Source: Candidatus Levybacteria bacterium RIFCSPLOWO2_02_FULL_37_18
GTDB taxonomy: Bacteria; Patescibacteriota; Microgenomatia; Levybacterales; UBA12049
NCBI GenBank assembly: GCA_001784115.1
Contig: MFPD01000019.1
Span: 30,244-94,243, forward strand
Direction: 5' to 3'
DNA: 64,000 nucleotides
Below are positions 19,709 through 29,313 of the stretch, piece by piece; position 1 is the first letter of the stretch, and every line of letters begins with the position of its first letter. A program made the translations under genes and the position numbers. The notes under the pieces were generated by a model. It did no database searches and was not told where the DNA came from. It saw only the letters and a list, made by a program, of their open reading frames with translations.

Positions 19709-21385
19709 CTATTCCGTTGGAGAAATTCCGTAATACAATAGTATATTTTTGGCAATATCAAAAAATATCGGCGCTGCTGTTTCTGCTCCATAAATTGAAG
19801 TAGTCGGTTGGTTAATCACTACAAGCATGGAAAATTTTGGATTATCAGCCGGAGCAAATCCTATAAACGAAGCGATTGTTTTATGCGGGTCATACTTTCC
19901 AGCGATGGGAATTTGGGCTGTTCCTGTTTTACCCGCAATTCGATATCCCTTAGGTTTAAAATATTTCGCTTCTCCATTACTTACCGCGTTTACTAAAATT
20001 TCTGTCATGATTTTTGCTGTTTCAGGCGTTATTGGCGAATTTACTTTTTTTGGATAAATAGGAATTTCTTCGCCTTCCGAGGTAACGATTTTAGAAACAA
20101 CATGCGGCTCCATTCGTACTCCCTTATTTGCGATTGCAGAAAATGCTGTGAGTAATTGAATACCTGTTATAGAAATTCCCTGGCCAAAACTTGCGGTTGC
20201 CAAGTCTATGGGAGTCCACTCGTCATCCGGCCGAATGAGAGCCGGAACTTCTCCTTCTAAGTCAATACCGGTTAGACTACCTACGCCAAAATTTCTTAGA
20301 TAAGAAAGCATTTTTTCTATTCCTAATTTCTGGGAAACATATACCATGCCGGTATTATCCGAGTGCTGAATTACTTCTATCATGGTAGTATCTTTGTAAT
20401 ATTTGTTATTCCATGTACGTATTTCGTAATCCGCAATCGGGACGGGTCCAAAACAAATTGGACATTTGGTATCCGGTCTTACTACTTTGCTGTCAATTCC
20501 AGCAGGCATAACTAAGGATTTAAGCGTCGAACCAGGCTCGTAAGTATTTGAAATAAATGGATTTTTATATAAATAGTTTTCGTATGTACTAAAGTTTCTG
20601 TTGTCAAAACTTGGAAGGGAAGACAAAGCTAAAATATTTCCCGTTTTCGGATCCATGACTCCAATCATGCCTCCGGCAGCTTGATATTTTTCTACTCCTT
20701 CTTTTAATTTTTGCTCGATTAAAAACTGAATGACTCTGTCGATATTTAAAATCAACGTCCGGCCTTTGCTTTCGATTTTCCTCTCATCTGCTTTTGCTAA
20801 AATTGGCCTGCCAAATGCGTCACGAATTTGGATTGCCTGTCTTTCTTTTCCTCTAAGTTGTCTGTCGTAATATCCTTCCAAACCAAAATATCCTTTATCA
20901 TCTCCGCTGTCGTTTTCTCCTACAAACCCGACCAAATGTGCAGCAAGGGACGCTTCCGGATAAAAACGGGTAAATTGTTTTTCAAATCCAACACCGGGAA
21001 TCTTTAGTTTTTGCACTTCTTCTTTTTTTTCTAATGTTATTCCATTTGTTATGGGAACCCAAAACCTGTTAAGCGATAAGCTCGCAGAAACAGATGCTTT
21101 ATCTATTTCCAGTGTTTGAGAAAGTAAGTCAATAGTTTTATTTTTGTCAGATATTTCTTTCGGATTGGCAAAAACCAAAAATGAAGGTCTATTAGTGACA
21201 ATAGGATATCCATCCGATGTTTTAATCTCTCCCCGTTCCGACAATAATTTTACCACTCGTCCGTACTGTGATTGTCCAAGAAGCAACAACTCCTCAGCTC
21301 TAACAACTTGCCAATAAAAAAGCCTTACACCAACTAAAAAAAATGCCAAAACTAAAGAAAGCAATGTGAAGTAGTAGCGCCACAT
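19709..21385 (-). CDS. ftsI: Class B penicillin-binding protein
   Basis: EPGSTLK (SxxK), SDN and KTGT motifs; N-terminal TM. Confidence 0.92.
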   Translation of the reverse strand: MWRYYFTLLSLVLAFFLVGVRLFYWQVVRAEELLLLGQSQYGRVVKLLSERGEIKTSDGYPIVTNRPSFLVFANPKEISDKNKTIDLLSQTLEIDKASVSASLSLNRFWVPITNGITLEKKEEVQKLKIPGVGFEKQFTRFYPEASLAAHLVGFVGENDSGDDKGYFGLEGYYDRQLRGKERQAIQIRDAFGRPILAKADERKIESKGRTLILNIDRVIQFLIEQKLKEGVEKYQAAGGMIGVMDPKTGNILALSSLPSFDNRNFSTYENYLYKNPFISNTYEPGSTLKSLVMPAGIDSKVVRPDTKCPICFGPVPIADYEIRTWNNKYYKDTTMIEVIQHSDNTGMVYVSQKLGIEKMLSYLRNFGVGSLTGIDLEGEVPALIRPDDEWTPIDLATASFGQGISITGIQLLTAFSAIANKGVRMEPHVVSKIVTSEGEEIPIYPKKVNSPITPETAKIMTEILVNAVSNGEAKYFKPKGYRIAGKTGTAQIPIAGKYDPHKTIASFIGFAPADNPKFSMLVVINQPTTSIYGAETAAPIFFDIAKNILLYYGISPTE

Positions 21386-21397
21386 TTACTTAGTATA

Positions 21398-21673
21398 TCA
21401 CCTGTTAAGAGCCAAAGGCACGGAGCCCGTGAGATAGATTTGAGATTTTCTCTCTATGTATCCCAAACTCGAAGCCCTTGAGGCAATGGACGTCAATGAA
21501 GATGAAAGCAGCACATCTTCCCTTAAGGTAAAATTTTTATCCTTGAGAGTTTTTACTTGGTCTTCTAATTTTCCCAATATAATCCCAGTGGTAGAAAGTT
21601 GATTTGATACAACAATTTGAACCAAGGAAAGAATAATAATCACCAGTATTGATAACTTTACAAATATATTCAT
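21398..21673 (-). CDS. FtsL-like bitopic coiled-coil protein
   Basis: TM plus heptad coiled coil, located between rsmH and ftsI. Confidence 0.7.
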   Translation of the reverse strand: MNIFVKLSILVIIILSLVQIVVSNQLSTTGIILGKLEDQVKTLKDKNFTLREDVLLSSSLTSIASRASSLGYIERKSQIYLTGSVPLALNR

Positions 21674-21675
21674 AA

Positions 21676-22581
21676 TTACATGAGCTTTTCAAACGCTCTT
21701 AACTTTGCGCTCCTACTTCTGATGTTGCTTCGAACTTCTTCCGGTGTTGGCTCAACAGGCTTTTTTATAATTATTGTCCCTGATCCTTTTTCTTCAAATT
21801 CCTTAAAATTTTGTTTTACGATTCCGTCTTCTAAAGAGTGAAATGTAATTACAACCAATCTTCCCTTATTGCCTAATAATCCTATCGAACTTGAAAGTGC
21901 TTCTCTTAGATTATTCAACTCGTCGTTAACTGCAATTCTTAGTGCCTGAAAAACTCGTGTTGCCGGATGTGTCTTTGTTATTCCCTTCAAACTTCGCTTA
22001 ACAATCTCTGCCAACTGACCCGTTGTTTCTATTTTTTCTAGTCTACGGGCGCTAATAATACTCTCAGAAATGACCCGAGCACGATACTCTTGACCCAATT
22101 TAGAAAATAATTCATAGAGCTCTCCTTTCCTTAACGCGTTAACAAGGTCTTTTGCTGTAACGCTTAGATTTTTATCCATCCGCATATCAAGCGGACCATT
22201 TTTACCAAAACTAAACCCCCGTCGGGGAGTATCCAGCTGGTGACTGGATACTCCCAAGTCAAATAAAATCCCATCAACATTTTCAAATCCGTTTTCTTTT
22301 GCGATCGCTTTTACATCTTTAAAATTCCCCTTTACAACTCTTAATTGTCCTTCTGTTTTGAGATTTGAACTTTGAGTTTTGAGTTTTTCCCGAACAAAAT
22401 CTAAAGCTTCTTCATCTACATCAATTCCCAGTATACTTCCCCCTCTTCTCAAAATCTCAAAACTATGTCCTCCTCCACCAAGTGTTGCGTCAATGTACTT
22501 TTTATTATCTTGAACGTTCAAAAATCTAATTACTTCCTCAACCAAAACCGGTGTATGAAAATTCTTATTCACCGCTTTCAT
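21676..22581 (-). CDS. rsmH: 16S rRNA m4C1402 methyltransferase
   Basis: HTPVL, DATLGGGGHS, DLGVSSHQLD, FHSLED and RSRSAKLR motifs. Confidence 0.97.
   Translation of the reverse strand: MKAVNKNFHTPVLVEEVIRFLNVQDNKKYIDATLGGGGHSFEILRRGGSILGIDVDEEALDFVREKLKTQSSNLKTEGQLRVVKGNFKDVKAIAKENGFENVDGILFDLGVSSHQLDTPRRGFSFGKNGPLDMRMDKNLSVTAKDLVNALRKGELYELFSKLGQEYRARVISESIISARRLEKIETTGQLAEIVKRSLKGITKTHPATRVFQALRIAVNDELNNLREALSSSIGLLGNKGRLVVITFHSLEDGIVKQNFKEFEEKGSGTIIIKKPVEPTPEEVRSNIRSRSAKLRAFEKLM
22356..22383. repeat. NTTTGAR heptamer x4 inside rsmH
   Basis: ttttgag atttgaa ctttgag ttttgag; encodes LKTQSSNLK. Confidence 0.7.
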
Positions 22582-23005
22582 CTCCCGTTACTAATTTCGC
22601 CGAAATTTCGCTTATATTCTTTTCAACACTACTTCTATATTCTTCCCAAATACCTTTATCCCACATTTCAACGTAACGATACAAACCTATGAATATAATT
22701 TCATTTTTAATCTTTGCAAAGTCTCGTAAATAAGTAGGCAATACAAACCTTCCCTTGCTATCGAGCCTAATAAAACTTGCTCCTCCGAGTAAGAGTCTTT
22801 GAACGTGTCTGGTTTCTTGCTGAACAAATGGTTTTCCTTCTGTTCCTTCAAGAAGTGACCGCCAGTTTTTTTCCGATACAACGATAAGCGAGTTTTCGTA
22901 GCCATAAGTGATTATTAAATTGTCTCCCAATTCTTCTCGAAATTTTTTGGGAAACGCGATTCTATTTTTTTCTCCCACTTTTCCTTCATATTGTCCTATT
23001 AACAT
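22565..23005 (-). CDS. mraZ: Transcriptional regulator MraZ
   Basis: KNRIAFP and DSKGRFVLP half-repeats; heads the dcw cluster. Confidence 0.93.
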   Translation of the reverse strand: MLIGQYEGKVGEKNRIAFPKKFREELGDNLIITYGYENSLIVVSEKNWRSLLEGTEGKPFVQQETRHVQRLLLGGASFIRLDSKGRFVLPTYLRDFAKIKNEIIFIGLYRYVEMWDKGIWEEYRSSVEKNISEISAKLVTGDESGE

Positions 23006-23032
23006 ATCCTGCCTTTCCTAAAGTGATTAGGG

Positions 23033-23095
23033 TTCCACTCCGTCCCACTTTTTCCCACGTTATTCCATTCTGAGTCACTTTCTAGCAGCTGTCAA
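23033..23095 (-). promoter_or_regulatory. mraZ sigma70 promoter with MraZ direct-repeat boxes
   Basis: TTGACA (23095-23090), 17 bp, CAGAAT; GTGG-like boxes at 10-bp period (plus-strand ccac at 23035, 23045, 23055; ccat 23065; tcac 23075). Confidence 0.8.
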
Positions 23096-23171
23096 GGGGG
23101 CAAATGACCATTTTAGTGTATGTTAACGGCGAGAAACGCTAAGCGTAGATAATTGGTGTAGAATGAAAAAA

Positions 23172-23636
23172 TTAATCCGAGGTGAGGTCAAGGGTTTTTT
23201 CTACGGAATAAATGCTATTGTCTTTTTTTGTAACCTTAAGAAGTAATTTCACCGAAACTACTCCTTCGTCGTATTTACACTTGCCGGACGAACATGTACC
23301 TAAGTCAATATAATTAGTTTCTATTTTTGTATCTCCGGCTTCTGGGTCCGCATGTCCAATCGCTCCCCTAGGAATATCTCCTTTTGCCAAATAACTAATT
23401 TCATAATCAACATTTGAAATATCATCGATTTTTTCAATCATAAATTTTACTGCTTTTTTATCATTTCGAGCAGTAAAGGCAAGACCAATATCTTCGGGAT
23501 TTAGCTTTTTTACTGTCTCTTCTTGGGAAAGAGCTGGAGCTGTAACCGGTTTATTTTTGTTTGAGTTAAACACAAACACGCCACCGCCAAGGACTAACAG
23601 AAGTATCCCTGCTAAGAGTAAATATTTTGCATTCAT
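23172..23636 (-). CDS. Hypothetical membrane-anchored/secreted protein
   Basis: N-terminal hydrophobic helix; LGTCSSGKCKYD motif. Confidence 0.75.
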   Translation of the reverse strand: MNAKYLLLAGILLLVLGGGVFVFNSNKNKPVTAPALSQEETVKKLNPEDIGLAFTARNDKKAVKFMIEKIDDISNVDYEISYLAKGDIPRGAIGHADPEAGDTKIETNYIDLGTCSSGKCKYDEGVVSVKLLLKVTKKDNSIYSVEKTLDLTSD

Positions 23637-23637
23637 A

Positions 23638-25065
23638 CTAGTCGTCTTCTTTACTAATTGCGCCTTTTATTGAAATCGGATACTTACCGGTAAAGCACGC
23701 TCCGCAAAAATTATTTTCTGAGAAAACTTCGGGACTGTCGATTTTTATTTTATTTCCCAAAACAACCTCAATTAATTCAGAATATCGTAAATGATATAAG
23801 CTGTCAAGACCAAGATATTTTTTTCTTTCTTCTAGATCTGGCATTTTATGAGCCAGCAATTCCGCATCTCCAAAATCAACACCCATATAACACGCGTGCG
23901 TCAAAGACGGTGAAGCAATTAATGCGTGAACCTCTGTTGCTCCTGCTTTTCTCACTTTCTCAACGACTAATCGTAATGAACCACGCACTATAGAATCATC
24001 AATAAGACATATTTTTTTACCTTTTAATATTTGCTCATTCGCGCTATATTTTTCTGTTGCTGCTTTATCCCTTCCCGAAGGCCTGATAAAGGTTCTTGCT
24101 CCATCAACAGAAGCTCTGTAAGGATTGGTATACAGTCCGTCCATATAGACTATTCCCTTCTTTTTTGCTAACTCCGAACCCGCAATTCCAATGGCTGCGG
24201 AAATTCCAGAACGAGGCACAGGAACAATAAAATCTACATCCGGAATATGCCGAGCAAGAATTTCGCCTTGCTTAAGTCTGAATTGCATCACCGGAATACC
24301 AAATACGGTACTGTCGGGTCTGGCAATATATATAAGCTCAAAAATACACTGCGCTAATTTTTTAAAACTCATCATTGTTAACGTATTAACTCCATTTTCA
24401 TCTATCTTTATGACTTCTCCAGGCAAAACATCTCTTAAAAATTCTGCTCCCATTGACTTAAACGCAGAATTTTCCGATGCGACCACATATCCATGCCTTT
24501 GTAGTTTTCCAATCGACATTGGCCGAAATCCCAATGAATCCCGAACCACAATTAAAGAGTTTTTTAAAATAAATATGAAACTAAACGCTCCTTCCAATTC
24601 TTTCACACCGGCTAAAATTCTTTCCTGTGCATCTCCTTTCATTTTATTTATAATAGCCAAAGCTACCCGTGTGTCACTTTTAGCTGCCTCCATAGAATCG
24701 GCAATGGTGTATTTTTCCTTTAAGAATTTGACGTTGGTTAAATTTCCATTGTGGGCGATTCCAATTCCATTTTCTAAAAACGGCTGCACTTCAGACAAAG
24801 ATCCTGATGTAGAATATCTATTATGCCCAATTCCAACAAATGCATTGTCTAAATCTGGCAAAGAATGTTTGATGGAAAACACAATTCCGGCAAGACCTGA
24901 GTCTTTTAACATTTTAAATTCCTTGCCATTTGCTAAAATCATTCCGCTTCCTTCCTGTCCCCTGTGATTTAGCTCAACAAGCCCGTTTAAAAGTATCTGA
25001 GGAATATCAGCTGTTTTTGAATAAACTCCAGCAATTGCACAATTATCCCGAATATTTTTCATCAA
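23638..25065 (-). CDS. purF: Amidophosphoribosyltransferase (Fe-S type)
   Basis: Short propeptide then Cys (NCAIAG); HRGQE, HNRYSTSG, HNGNL, CIFELIYIARPDS, DDSIVRG and CGAC motifs. Confidence 0.9.
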   Translation of the reverse strand: MMKNIRDNCAIAGVYSKTADIPQILLNGLVELNHRGQEGSGMILANGKEFKMLKDSGLAGIVFSIKHSLPDLDNAFVGIGHNRYSTSGSLSEVQPFLENGIGIAHNGNLTNVKFLKEKYTIADSMEAAKSDTRVALAIINKMKGDAQERILAGVKELEGAFSFIFILKNSLIVVRDSLGFRPMSIGKLQRHGYVVASENSAFKSMGAEFLRDVLPGEVIKIDENGVNTLTMMSFKKLAQCIFELIYIARPDSTVFGIPVMQFRLKQGEILARHIPDVDFIVPVPRSGISAAIGIAGSELAKKKGIVYMDGLYTNPYRASVDGARTFIRPSGRDKAATEKYSANEQILKGKKICLIDDSIVRGSLRLVVEKVRKAGATEVHALIASPSLTHACYMGVDFGDAELLAHKMPDLEERKKYLGLDSLYHLRYSELIEVVLGNKIKIDSPEVFSENNFCGACFTGKYPISIKGAISKEDD

Positions 25066-26432
25066 ACTAAGGCTTTATGCAAATAATCTTTTATTTCGCT
25101 TATATTAATTCTTTTTTGCTCTCCCGTATCTCGAAAACGAACAGTTACTGAATTATTTTCAAGCGTCTGGTAGTCTATGGTAATACAAAATGGTGTTCCG
25201 ATTTCGTCTTGGGAGGCATATCTTTTTCCAATATTTCCTCTATCATCCCAGGCAATCATAAAATGAACTTTTAACTCGTCATATACTGATTTTGCTTTAT
25301 CAACCAAATCTTCTTTATTTGCAACCAATGGAAATACTGCTGCTTTAAAAGGAGCAAGCTTTGGAGTAATACGAAGATATATCCTATTATTTTCCTCCGT
25401 ATACCCATCACATAAAATCATTAAAAGTATTCTATTTATTCCAACCGCAGGCTCTATAACATGAGGAATTATTTTTTCATTTGTAATAGGATCTGTAATG
25501 TGTAAATCTTTTCCTGAATATTGGATATGCTGTCTTAAATCATAATCAGTCCGGTACGCAAGTCCCCACAATTCTTTAAATCCAAATGGAAAGTTATATT
25601 CTAGGTCTTCAGTTCGTTTACTATAAAAAGACCGCTCCTTGTCACCATGTGTCCGCCACCGTAAGTTCTGTTGGTTAATCTCTAACTTGCCAACAACAAA
25701 TTCCCACATGGCTTTTTTCCATTGCTCAAAAAGCACCTCCCAATTTTGATTTTGAGGATTAAAGAAATATTCTATTTCTCCTTGCTCAAATTCAACAGTT
25801 CGAAAAACGGATTTTCCGGGAGTTATCTCATTTCGAAAACTTTTCCCAAGTTGAGCCATTCCAAAAGGTAATCGAACACGCGTGGAATCAACAACATTTT
25901 TAAAATTAATAAAAATTCCTTGAGCTGTTTCTCCTCGTAAATATCCGTATCCTTGTTCTCCTTCAACAATTCCTAATTGAACAGGAAACAGCAAATTAAA
26001 TTTTCTTACTTTTGTCCACTCATGTTTTTTACAATTAGGACACAACATTTTGTTATCTTGAATTATTTTGTCCAGTTCTTCAACAGTTGTTCCTTCTACA
26101 TTTTTCTCTAAAACATCTTCAATAAGGTGATCTGCTCTAACTCGCAATTTACAATTTTTGCAATCAACCATTGCATCAGCAAAACTAGCAACATGACCGG
26201 ATGCAACCCATATTTTATGATGAGAAATTAAACTTGCGTCAAGTCCAACTATATCTCCCCGTTTTTGGATAAACTCAGTCCACCACAAATCTCTGATGTT
26301 TCGCAAAAGCTCTGCTCCCATTGGTCCATAATCGTATGTATTTGCCAACCCGCCATATAAATCAGACCCCGGGTACATAAACCCTCGTCTTTTAACCAAA
26401 GCGCTAATTTTTTCCATGAGGTCATTATTCAT
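25062..26432 (-). CDS. glyQS: Glycine--tRNA ligase, alpha2 type
   Basis: YDYGP, LRGETAQG, GKSFRNEI, PHVIEP and IGKRYASQDEIGTP motifs. Confidence 0.96.
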   Translation of the reverse strand: MNNDLMEKISALVKRRGFMYPGSDLYGGLANTYDYGPMGAELLRNIRDLWWTEFIQKRGDIVGLDASLISHHKIWVASGHVASFADAMVDCKNCKLRVRADHLIEDVLEKNVEGTTVEELDKIIQDNKMLCPNCKKHEWTKVRKFNLLFPVQLGIVEGEQGYGYLRGETAQGIFINFKNVVDSTRVRLPFGMAQLGKSFRNEITPGKSVFRTVEFEQGEIEYFFNPQNQNWEVLFEQWKKAMWEFVVGKLEINQQNLRWRTHGDKERSFYSKRTEDLEYNFPFGFKELWGLAYRTDYDLRQHIQYSGKDLHITDPITNEKIIPHVIEPAVGINRILLMILCDGYTEENNRIYLRITPKLAPFKAAVFPLVANKEDLVDKAKSVYDELKVHFMIAWDDRGNIGKRYASQDEIGTPFCITIDYQTLENNSVTVRFRDTGEQKRINISEIKDYLHKALV

Positions 26433-26440
26433 AATTAACC

Positions 26441-26508
26441 GTCATTGCGAGAAACGTAGTAACGAAGCAATCTCTTAATATGAGATTCATTGCTACGCTC
26501 GCAGTGAG
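26441..26508. repeat. GTCAT palindromic element, family A doublet (degenerate)
   Basis: gtcattgcgag...gaagcaatctc, spacer, gagatt...gctcgcagtgag. Confidence 0.85.
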
Positions 26509-26561
26509 AAAATGTATATTGTTATAATAACAAAAAAGAAGAGGAGAATAAAGAAGCCATT

Positions 26562-27104
26562 TTACGAAAACTGGGGAATAATTTTTATTGCCTTAAGTCT
26601 CTTTTCTAAGATATCTTCTATAAACAAAGATGAGTCGAAATGTTGAGCAGCAAACTGAGGGGAATAAAACCCCAAAGCAGTCAAAAGTTCTATCTCGAAT
26701 TTCTTAACTAACAAACTAACATATTCTTCCTTTGAAAGCTTATCAAGCATGTCAAGCAACAGTGCATACACGTATTCATTCTCCTGATTTTCCGGACACA
26801 AACTATCTACTAATTCACACAGGTGATATGCATATCCAATACGTGATAACGAACGTTTTATGTCCGAATACGTATTGAGTGATTGAGCCTCTGTTAACAC
26901 CGGCATTCCATTATTTTTATAAACTGTTAAAAGCGTATGATTGAGAAGCTCTATGTGAGCAGATCTTCTACTGGTGATTTTTCGCACCCCCGAAGCTTTA
27001 ATGCTTAGTTTGCCATGTTTTTTGGCAAACACAGTCAAAATCCGATCTGCCTCATTATAATTTTTCCGTTTGATAACAATAGCTTCTGTTGTAAATGTTT
27101 TCAT
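26562..27104 (-). CDS. recO: DNA repair protein RecO (short form)
   Basis: EAIVIKR..YNEADRILTVF...GKL..ASGVRK N-terminal OB fold. Confidence 0.9.
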   Translation of the reverse strand: MKTFTTEAIVIKRKNYNEADRILTVFAKKHGKLSIKASGVRKITSRRSAHIELLNHTLLTVYKNNGMPVLTEAQSLNTYSDIKRSLSRIGYAYHLCELVDSLCPENQENEYVYALLLDMLDKLSKEEYVSLLVKKFEIELLTALGFYSPQFAAQHFDSSLFIEDILEKRLKAIKIIPQFS

Positions 27105-27115
27105 TTTATTTTTCC

Positions 27116-27215
27116 TGTCATTGCGAGGAACTTTAGTTCCGAAGCAATCTTTCTATTGTCATGCTGAACTTGATTCAGCATCTCGTGAGATTGCTTCACT
27201 TCGTTCGCAATGACA
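27116..27215. repeat. Family A doublet with a family B half-element nested in its spacer
   Basis: tgtcattgcgagg..gaagcaatct [tgtcatgctgaacttgattcagcatctc] gagattgcttc..tcgcaatgaca. Confidence 0.92.
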
Positions 27216-27230
27216 TTAGTAACATATTTA

Positions 27231-29174
27231 TTATAGGTTTAGTGTAAGAGTTTTGTCGGTTAATAACCCAAATTTTTCTTTTTGCGTTCCGTTGACTTTA
27301 ATTATGTATTCGTTTTTATCTGTACCTGGTTGTTTTTGAATTAACAATGGTAAGATATTGTTTTTAGCTTTAAAGGGAAGCGTATACTTAATGTTATACA
27401 CTGCGGTACCCAAAGGTCTGACTGTTAAAAATCCTTCAAAGACTGTTTTTCCTAAATCTTCGGCAGTTGTTACTTTTACTTCTGATCCTTGACTACTAAC
27501 CAATGTACTTCCTTTTGGTACGTAAATTCGTATCCAATCCCTAAACGTTGCGTTAATGCAAAGTCCTCCTCTTTCTAAATTACAATCAGACGGAGGATGA
27601 GGATTTTTGTAATTAATGGTAATTGTTTTAGTAATTGTCCCGCTATTATCTGTTTCTATATTTTGGGTCACTGCTTCTTGGGTAAAAAGATTTGATTTTG
27701 CTCCTCCCATATTCGCTTCGTTAATATGGAGGTAATCTCCATCAAATGCTTTAATTCTACCGGCGGCATTCAAGGCTTCAATTCCGCTTTGGGCGTCTTT
27801 GTCATAGAGATAAAACAATATATGTTTTTGGCTTACTTCATCAAGCAACTGTTGGAATAAAGGCCCCCAATATAATTTAGGAGAAGACTTAAGCGCTTTT
27901 TCCATAATTGAATAAAGCAATGCTCCCAAGATATCTTTTCTTCCTTCTTTTTCGTATCCAACCGGACGGGTAATATTATCCTCAAGTTCATAAATTACCT
28001 GTGGACAATCACATCTTTTATCTTGTTTTGTCGTAAACGCAATACCGGCTGCATCTACTCTATCGTCTAATTTATTTATAATAGAAACTAATACATGAGT
28101 ATCTAGAGCAATTATTCCATCAACATCTGTTTTTGAGCGTGCGAATTTATATAAAGAATTAAATGTATTCATAGACTCTACAAAATCAGGAGAAAGATTC
28201 GTATCTCTAATATTAAAATTAGGTACATTTGGTAAGTATTTTAAAATAGGATCCGGAGCTGGAAATGTTTTTGTCAGACTGTTGTCTAAATTATAAATAT
28301 CTTCAGACCTGTCTACATGAATTACTCCTTTTTCGATTCGAAATACAGCGTATGCTGTCATAAATCCGCCTGTAGGGCGAAGTTCTTTATCGTTTTGAAA
28401 CAAAATCAAGTATTTTCTGTCTTTTGACTCACCTAAAAGCGAAGGCAATACTTTTACCAACGGTCTTGCCTCGCTTACAAATGTAACTCCTTCATCTGCG
28501 AATGTTCTTACTGTTATCAGTTGTTTTCTGATCTTTTCTCCACCAAAAAACGGCGGGTAATGATTTGGGTTTACTTGGTCAATTTCTTCTTGCGCCGAAA
28601 GGAGCAACGATGATACGTCATCAATGCGAGGAGTGATTTTTGCCATTGTCAAAACCGCAGTTTTAATCCTATCTTCCGCACTTCCCATAACAAAACTTCC
28701 TCCCTGTCCCTTAAGACCTAAAACATCGGCATAGGGCTTTAAAGAATCAACTAAAATAGACGCTGCGTCAAGACCATAACCGCCTGCTTTTACCAAATGG
28801 TCTGCGTCTCCATAATAAAAATTTAAGACCGGAATAAAACGAAGTATGGAAAGCGTTGATAAATCTTGCTGTAATTGTTTTAAATCTTCTTTTGTTTTAA
28901 TTAGTTCTGTTGAGGCAAGCTCGACATTTTGTTTTTTAATCGCTTCCCAGGCTTTTTTTGCTTGCCTCTGAGTCCGCATAGATGCGGAGTATATTTTTCC
29001 AACCGGATATACAAGTAAAAGTCCCAACAAAATAATACCGATTACCATGCAAAACCCAACGCCGAATTTCTTTTGTGGGAGTTTAAATGTTTTCAGAGGA
29101 GATGTGAACACACGCTGGTTATCAGGTTCAGATTCATCTAGCTTACCAAGATCAATCTTCTTAAATTCAGACAT
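27231..29174 (-). CDS. DUF4012-domain membrane-anchored protein
   Basis: YLILFQNDKELRPTGGF, RDTNLSPDF and LLIQKQPG motifs. Confidence 0.85.
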   Translation of the reverse strand: MSEFKKIDLGKLDESEPDNQRVFTSPLKTFKLPQKKFGVGFCMVIGIILLGLLLVYPVGKIYSASMRTQRQAKKAWEAIKKQNVELASTELIKTKEDLKQLQQDLSTLSILRFIPVLNFYYGDADHLVKAGGYGLDAASILVDSLKPYADVLGLKGQGGSFVMGSAEDRIKTAVLTMAKITPRIDDVSSLLLSAQEEIDQVNPNHYPPFFGGEKIRKQLITVRTFADEGVTFVSEARPLVKVLPSLLGESKDRKYLILFQNDKELRPTGGFMTAYAVFRIEKGVIHVDRSEDIYNLDNSLTKTFPAPDPILKYLPNVPNFNIRDTNLSPDFVESMNTFNSLYKFARSKTDVDGIIALDTHVLVSIINKLDDRVDAAGIAFTTKQDKRCDCPQVIYELEDNITRPVGYEKEGRKDILGALLYSIMEKALKSSPKLYWGPLFQQLLDEVSQKHILFYLYDKDAQSGIEALNAAGRIKAFDGDYLHINEANMGGAKSNLFTQEAVTQNIETDNSGTITKTITINYKNPHPPSDCNLERGGLCINATFRDWIRIYVPKGSTLVSSQGSEVKVTTAEDLGKTVFEGFLTVRPLGTAVYNIKYTLPFKAKNNILPLLIQKQPGTDKNEYIIKVNGTQKEKFGLLTDKTLTLNL

Positions 29175-29180
29175 AGTACT

Positions 29181-29209
29181 AATCTACCCAATACTCTCTT
29201 CCATGTCAA
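29181..29209 (-). promoter_or_regulatory. sigma70 promoter, probably leaderless, for the DUF4012 gene
   Basis: TTGACA, 17 bp, TAGATT, 6 nt, ATG. Confidence 0.6.
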
Positions 29210-29226
29210 GCTTCCCCTGGCTCTAC

Positions 29227-29308
29227 GTCATTCTGAACTTGTTTCACCGCGTCTGACGCGGGGTTTCAGAATCTAAAAATAGAGATGCTGAACCAAATTC
29301 AGCATTAC
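29227..29308. repeat. Family B doublet carrying a CCGCGTCTGACGCGG mini-hairpin insertion
   Basis: gtcattctgaacttgtttca[ccgcgtctgacgcgg g]gtttcagaatct...agatgctgaaccaaattcagcattac; GTTTCA is duplicated around the insert. Confidence 0.88.
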
Positions 29309-29313
29309 AATAA

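Noticed and set aside
24191-24967. 258-aa plus-strand ORF
   Set aside because: Antisense shadow of purF with no recognisable motifs
26433-26561. Possible Gly T-box upstream of glyQS
   Set aside because: No UGGNACC antiterminator; the region is occupied by a family A element
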